In this document: piece by piece, positions 57,452 through 64,000 of the stretch
How the letters are laid out: each line of letters opens with the position of its first letter
How positions within the stretch are numbered: position 1 is the stretch's first letter
Assembly (NCBI GenBank): GCA_964016885.1
Contig: OZ024745.1
Span: 105,648,001 to 105,712,000 of the forward strand
Origin: Eledone cirrhosa
Taxonomy: Eukaryota
Direction of reading: 5' to 3'
Length of the DNA: 64,000 bases
Notes under the pieces: model-generated
Database searches by the model: none
What the model was told of the DNA's origin: nothing
Seen by the model: the letters and a program-made list of their open reading frames with translations, nothing else
Translations under genes and position numbers: made by a program

Positions 57452-58007
57452 AGAGGGAGTGGGTGTGTTTGAGTGAGTTAGTGACAGAGAGAGACAGAGA
57501 GAGAGACAGAGAGAGACAGTGCATGTAAGAGTGAGAGAGAGAAATATATAGGAATGGTTGTTTCGTTTCAAAATGCAATCCGTCGATATTACGTTTGAAA
57601 GACCTGAACGAAACATATTGCAGTTTGTAACGAATCTATTCAATAAAGTAATAATTATCGGCATTTTAATGTCTAGTGTCCTTTCACTGCAAGTGCCTAG
57701 CAAGTGATCCCACCACGTACGATATATATATATATATATATTTATATATACGTATGTATGTATATATACAAATATATATGTTTAGATATATATATAGGAA
57801 GGGGGGGAAAGAGGTAGTGAGTGAAAGGCTGAGAGGATGCATTGTCTAAACAGTAGAAGTCCAAAACTAAATAACACGAAGAAATAGAAATTCATCTTCT
57901 GTAGTTGATACAAATGTCTATATTCCATTTTCCTCAGCAAAATGGGCATTGCGCCAAAACTTGTGTGTTGTGTTGTATGTGTGCGTGTGCGTTTGTTTGT
58001 TTGTGTT

Positions 58008-58043
<36 letters not shown>

Positions 58044-58539
58044 TCTGTGCGTTGTGTGCGTATGTGTGTGTGCGTGTGAGTGCGTTGGCCTACACTCTAT
58101 TGCTTTTACTGTTTGTATTTGTGTGAATAGAATATATAAGTAGAGAAATTTACAACAGAGATGAGAGGACTCTCAGGAATATCTTAAAAGAGAATACCTC
58201 ACGCGTTACTGACAGTGATAAACTGACTGAATGTCATTATATACTATAGTAAAATGCAAGCTAAGAGCTAGAACGAATTACTGACACACGATAATGTAAC
58301 ACTGACACAAACCTAGCAATGAGCATGGAGATATTATTTATGATCTGTCAATCGGTGAGCCTTTTAGCAGTTGCTTGATCTTCTGGATATAGCAGCCATA
58401 TACCCATTAAATTACTGTCTATCTTCTTTAAAAAGCGGCGGGGATCTACCAAAACTTCCCAAATGAAACCATGGCTGTCATAATATGGGGGAGGACACAT
58501 TAGCTACTGTTGTACATACAGTAGGTCAAAGCAAAACGG

Positions 58540-58880
58540 TGGGACCTGATCGAAATAGGGCAACATATCCCTGCCAGATATCTCCATCCAACATCACTGT
58601 ACGTATTTACGATAGTCAACAGTCTGGTGTCTGTTAGAAGTATGTCAGTAAAGTTGATGGTTTGAACCCCACGATTAATCTGCTCACGGTCTGACTGCCA
58701 TATCACTAGATTTGAAGCTCTTTCATAAAGAGAGACCTGTGTATCACAATTGCCACTGATGTGTCTTTTCAGTTAATTTTAGCAGACGATTATCAGCTCA
58801 GCTTAGTTGACGTGGATCTTCCAAATGATGTTAAGTTCCATTCATAAGATGAGGAAGAGAATTCAATTTTACCGAGTCTC
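58540..58880 (-). mobile_element. Decayed RTE-X-like LINE 3' end
   Basis: ASNLVIWQSDREQINRGVQTINFTDILLTDTRL...TVMLDGDIW resembles the RTE-X C-terminal LVLWQP..RGRP..YID.L..DTGL..AMLDR..W pattern. Confidence 0.5.
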
Positions 58881-59367
58881 AAGCTTCTGCCTGAGTGACA
58901 ATGTTTCACAGTCATATACCAAGACATAATCAACCATTCATTACATTTACCACACTAATCTGTTTGGTAAATATATGGAAGGCAATCGTAATTCACATTT
59001 CACCGAATAACAGAAGTGAGTCAATTATGTTTCCCACCTATACAACACACGCACACGCACATACATACATACATACATGCATGCATACAAAGATTTTGCA
59101 TCTAATAACTGCATATACACATGTACAGATACAAAGCATATACACATGCACACATACAACTCAAAACATACGCATCCACGCATACAACAACATCCATATC
59201 TACACATGCATGCATACATAATCTACCTAGTTGATGTTGTGTAAATTCCAATGAGAGTTTTGTGTCTATGTTAGAAAGCGACTCTCTCTCTCTATTGGGA
59301 AACAATTTGTGAAATGATAAAACCAGAAGAACATGCATACATACATACATACATACATACATACATA

Positions 59368-60135
59368 CATGGTGGCTACCAACTCGTTTTCGAGTACGGC
59401 CACTACTTTATATCCATGAAGGAGAACCCCTACCGATGCGCTGAACGAGTGTGACTTTTCAGTCCAGCCAGGACCTTGAAAACTCTGGTACAAACACTAC
59501 ACTTGTTACAATTACTGACACATAGTGCTGTGCTCATGGTACCATGTGATGACAAGTGCAGAGAGATCTCCAGATATAAAGCAATGTCTGTGCCGTGAAG
59601 CTTTTATACATACATACATACATGGTGGCTGCCAATTCGTTTTCGAGTACGGCCACTACTTTATATCCATGTAGGAGAACCCCTACCGATGCGCTGAACG
59701 AGTGTGACTTTTTAGTCCAGCCAGCGACTTGAAAACTCTGGTACAAACACGACACCTGTGACAATTATTGTCACATAGTGCTGGGCCCTTGGTACCATGT
59801 GACGACAAGTGCAGAGAGATCTCCAGATATAAAGCAATGCCTGTGCCGTGAAGCTTTTACAGTGAGCAAAGGCACTCCACAAAGCCAGTCCCACTCTGTT
59901 AACCAAGATGATATTTACCAAAAAGAAGAACAAGTCGACATCCTTGGATACCATCAGGGTTGCAGGTGTTATATCAGAGTTTTCCTTCTCCTAGAATTCT
60001 GCCTTGACAAAGGCTATGGGGTCATCTCTCCCGGTGATTTTGGATGGCCATTGACTCTTAAGAGGTCCTGTGCCCTTTGGCAGGTTTTGATTTTAGTCCT
60101 GCAGGATGTCCAAAGTCACCCTCCTCACCAAGAAA
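59368..60135 (-). mobile_element. Two tandem family B copies with (ATGT)n tails
   Basis: 59620-60135 and a 5'-truncated copy 59368-59607; reverse complement of 13530-14048. Confidence 0.85.
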
Positions 60136-62538
60136 GCTACATACATACATACATACATACATACATACATACATACATACACATATATCTAGGTTCTTTT
60201 CAGGATAATACCCTACCGGCGCCACTCGAGTAAGGTAATTATTTATTTAACCAATAAATGGGGCCCCTAACAGGTACTAATACTCCGGGAATACATACAT
60301 ATATATATATATGTATGTATATATATGTTGTCGAATGTATGTGAATGTTTTATATAAATATATATATATGTGTGTGTGTGTGCGCGCGTGCACGTGTGTG
60401 TGTGGAGGATTAAAAACTATATTTAATTTTTAAAATACTTTAGATCACGTTCTTATTTTGACATGAAAGCTTACATGACAATTACAATCTGAAATTTTAC
60501 TGGAAAGTGTCACAATCCTGCTGCTGAGTTATATATAGAACGTTTCTTTGTCGCACTCATACGGGCAAGAGAACTGACAATCAGAATTTCTGAAGCCAGG
60601 AAAAACAGTCTTATAATCCTTTTTAGAATGAATGCAGTAGAGTTTAGCAAACCAGTGACAAAGTCCTTTACTGTGTTGGATAACATTAGATTATGAAAGA
60701 CCTAACAAGGAACATCACGAGAAAGTTGGCGAAAGGCATTTTATATCAGATAGAGATTATGGGGGGTGGGGGTAGTGCTTGGTGAGTTTTGTTGATAATA
60801 GGAAGAGTATTTTAAGATAACTAATATACACCAAAGAAATTAATTATAGCACCTATGAAGAGAAACATTTTTTTCATAAAGAAGGGGTTACTTGTGTAAA
60901 CGAGAAATTGAATAGTTACCATATAATCACTTAATTCCTTGTTCCTTAAAACAAGAAAAGTAAATGTATAGGAAAATACATTATGATTTACTTGCGTGTG
61001 CCTGCTTCTAATAGGCGTATATCTTAATGTTCTTCTATCACAGATTCGACTACGTAAATTTTGGAAAAATGCCTATATAGCCTCACGCTGGAGGTGTGTA
61101 ATAATGCATCTTTATACATTAACCATCTCATGAAACATCAAACATTTTCATTTTCACATCTCAATGAATAGAGTACTTACGAAATTATGGAAACAGCTCT
61201 TTTTGCCTGACTAAACTAAATTAGCATAAATAATTTCTCTACGTAAGCAGATGGCCAATGTTCTCATCTTTACATAAAATGCCAATACAATTTCTGTCCT
61301 TTTGTTTGTTCTTGGTGTTGTATTATATAACATATCATTTATTTCTCTGTTCGTATAAGTGTAAACATTCATTAACTTTTATCTTCTTTTACCATACGAA
61401 ACCGTATTAGCATGATATTCTGAAAAGTACAAGCACCGTGACAGTAACATATTAAATATTAAAATTCATTCTTTAATACTGCGAATTTTCACAACAATCT
61501 ACCTTATCCCCTCAGTAAAGAGATAAACATTTGAATTAAGAAACCAATTTTTAGATATCTTCTTCAAAATGCTTACAGGGTATTAATAAATATTTTCGTT
61601 TAATCTATACGAAAACGTTTTGGTTATTATATAAACCCAGGGTGTTGAGTCGATGAAGGTACTATGTTTGATTCTTTAAGACTTTTATATCACTTTAATT
61701 TTGTTTATGGCAGAAAATATTTTCTAAGTTCCAGCGGTCAATATACATTGGTATATTTTATATTCGTAGTAATTAATGCATGTGTACTTATATCTCAACC
61801 AATTAAGTCCTTTGTTGTTTAATCGAAAATAATAAATATCCTTTAACAAAAAAAAAAAAAAAAAACTACTATAGCCCCATTCATTTTGGGTTAAGGATGT
61901 TGAAGTTTTTAACGATAGGTTGGGTTTTCAAATTGTTAATAATTCTATTATAGGAGGATTCTAAAACATGATGATTTAAAAAAAAAAATTATCATTTAAG
62001 TACATTTTTCTAATGGTTAATTTTGATTCCTGGACGGGGAAACGTGTTGTGTTCTTGCGCAAAATACTTTATATCTCGTTGCTACTTCTAGGAGTTGTTT
62101 CCGGTAGATAGAATCAGCACTCGAAATATTGGCCGAAACTGACGATTTACTTATTTTATTTCTTTTTAATATAACTTCTTTTACTTTTGTTGTGGCTACT
62201 TATGCTAATCTAACAATCAATATCTCTAACTTAGATATGTTCTCGTTAGAAACTTTTTCACTAATATCAGAATAGATCGTTGCTGCGAAAATCCCAATAT
62301 GAAGAGGTCAAAAAACTTTACCGCTAAAGTTTTTTTTATCTCAAACACAATCACTATCTGGCTTACATCTTCAGTTACTGCCCTACACGCTTACTTTCAC
62401 AAATAAATATATATTTGGAGGTACATGTGTATTGCTATTTCACCATTTTTTATCTTAACTCGGCGTCAGAAAATGAAGCCACAAAAGGAAATGTCCTATC
62501 ACTTTTCTAGGATTAAGATCGGTATGATATAGATAGGA

Positions 62539-63478
62539 CTAGCAGAATGGCCCGGCATTGCTCGGGATTCTAAACATAGATTGGTATGTTTAGCCCTCCT
62601 TTCTGAAACAGTACAGAGAAGTACGGAATACCTCGGCCTCGGGATGGTGTCTACATTTTTTGCTTATAAAAAAATTCGTCGTAGATTACCAGGGGTTTAA
62701 ATTAATTGGGTGCCTGAGAGTAAAATGTTCAACCCATGAAAGCCAAGACGATAGGGTTAAGTAAAAAGGCATTCGACAAACCGAACATGTATTTGTTGTG
62801 CTATAGTACAGTGAAAGCAATAGTTACAGAGCAGTAAGCATGTGGGACCGCAGTGGTGGAGAGTGGTGCTGTCTTTCTCCTTTCAATGTTTCGTCGTATG
62901 TTCACCAATTGATGCAGAAGTCCTAATGAAAGGTAAAGTCGCCTTCGGTGAACAGGCAAATAATCTTCCATTACGATTTTTCAAAAGCATGTAATTCCGT
63001 TCCCTCTCTTTTTTGTTGTTGTTTTTGCTGCTGTTTATATTTTGTTTTGTCTACGCAAAAAATATCTGTACACGAATATATAATTATATATATATTAAAA
63101 TAACAGATTAAAGTTTAAGCAAAGAATCGCTGCTTTCACCCTTAACGGGATCTTATGAAGCTAAAAAAAAATCAATCCGTGAACGCAGAAGTAAATATTT
63201 CGAAAAACGTTACACACTATATATACACACACACTATATATACATATAAACACACACACAGATAGCGTCATAATGTCGTAATGCAGACAGACAGACATAC
63301 AGATAGATATTATAAGAGCACTACGTTACCAGTGCCTAATGCGGTCCCTAGGGCATTGAACATTTGCTCAAAACACTCACACGGCCATAAGTATTACATG
63401 TGTAAAGTTGGGTGGTTCTCGAGTTTTAGGGAGTCAGGCAGACAGACAGACAGACATTCTCTGTTGTAGATATATAGA
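62539..63478 (-). mobile_element. Non-autonomous Helitron
   Basis: Minus strand begins A|TCtatatatctac..(tgtc)n and ends cccgagcaatgccggg hairpin + ccattctgCTAG|T: 5'-TC, 3'-CTAG, subterminal hairpin, AT target site. Confidence 0.75.
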
Positions 63479-63559
63479 TGATATTAAAGGTTTACACTAT
63501 ACTATGACGTAAATCAAGCCTGTTGTGAGATTTGCATTCTGTTCGTCCAATAAGGGAAG

Positions 63560-63975
63560 TTCAGTATCCTGAGATCAGCTTCACCACCGCTGTCCATATC
63601 TTCATTTTTCTTTCTATTTTATGGTTTCTCTCGGTTTTAAACTCTCGACACCTCTTCATCATACATGATACACATGCATTACCCGCTCATTATAGCTTAT
63701 TATATCCGATTCCTCTTTGATTCTCAACTCATATATCCCCCATTTTTCATGGTCTCTAGCATTACACACACAAGGAAACACGCCCAAATCATTTGTTTCC
63801 TGTGTTCAGGTATCTTCAGCATCCAATGCCCACAAATCTCATGTAACATTGCACTACGTAATCCCTTGGTTGCTAGCAAAGTTGGTAGCTCCTTGGCTCT
63901 TTTTCATCTTATTCTCATTCTGGTTAATATGCTTTCAGAACGTTCTCTTCTTCTGCTAAATTCATCCCCTAGTTA
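63560..63975 (-). mobile_element. Decayed RTE LINE C-terminal fragment
   Basis: Minus-strand fragments LGDEFSRR, RSAMLHE, WALDAED, CNARDH..YELRIK and W..VVK resemble the RTE thumb and C-terminal region. Confidence 0.5.
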
Positions 63976-64000
63976 TCAAAACTATATTTTACTAAAACTA

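Overview
AT-rich, repeat-dominated eukaryotic (animal) DNA. The SINE core and the very high microsatellite load suggest an octopod cephalopod, but this is inference only. No intact host protein-coding gene is visible; nearly all ORFs in the track are artefacts of (TA)n, (CA)n, (GA)n and triplet repeats. Recognisable content: decayed non-LTR retrotransposons (two CRE-clade fragments, one long RTE/Expander-like copy, smaller RTE pieces), a 5'-truncated Penelope-like element with a GIY-YIG endonuclease (42320-43110), about 20 copies of a tRNA-derived SINE, several MITE families, a non-autonomous Helitron and one candidate exon (26162-26297). The most notable signal is a dense set of short elements that sit mostly inside or beside (TA)n tracts. 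Many have head-to-head inverted duplications and carry minimal type I hammerhead ribozyme motifs (CUGANGA...GAAA...UH): 8 complete motifs plus one with GAAA>GAGA, and several half motifs. Stem I and the catalytic core are shared while stem II is replaced between families. They look like non-autonomous Penelope pseudo-LTR or retrozyme-like elements.
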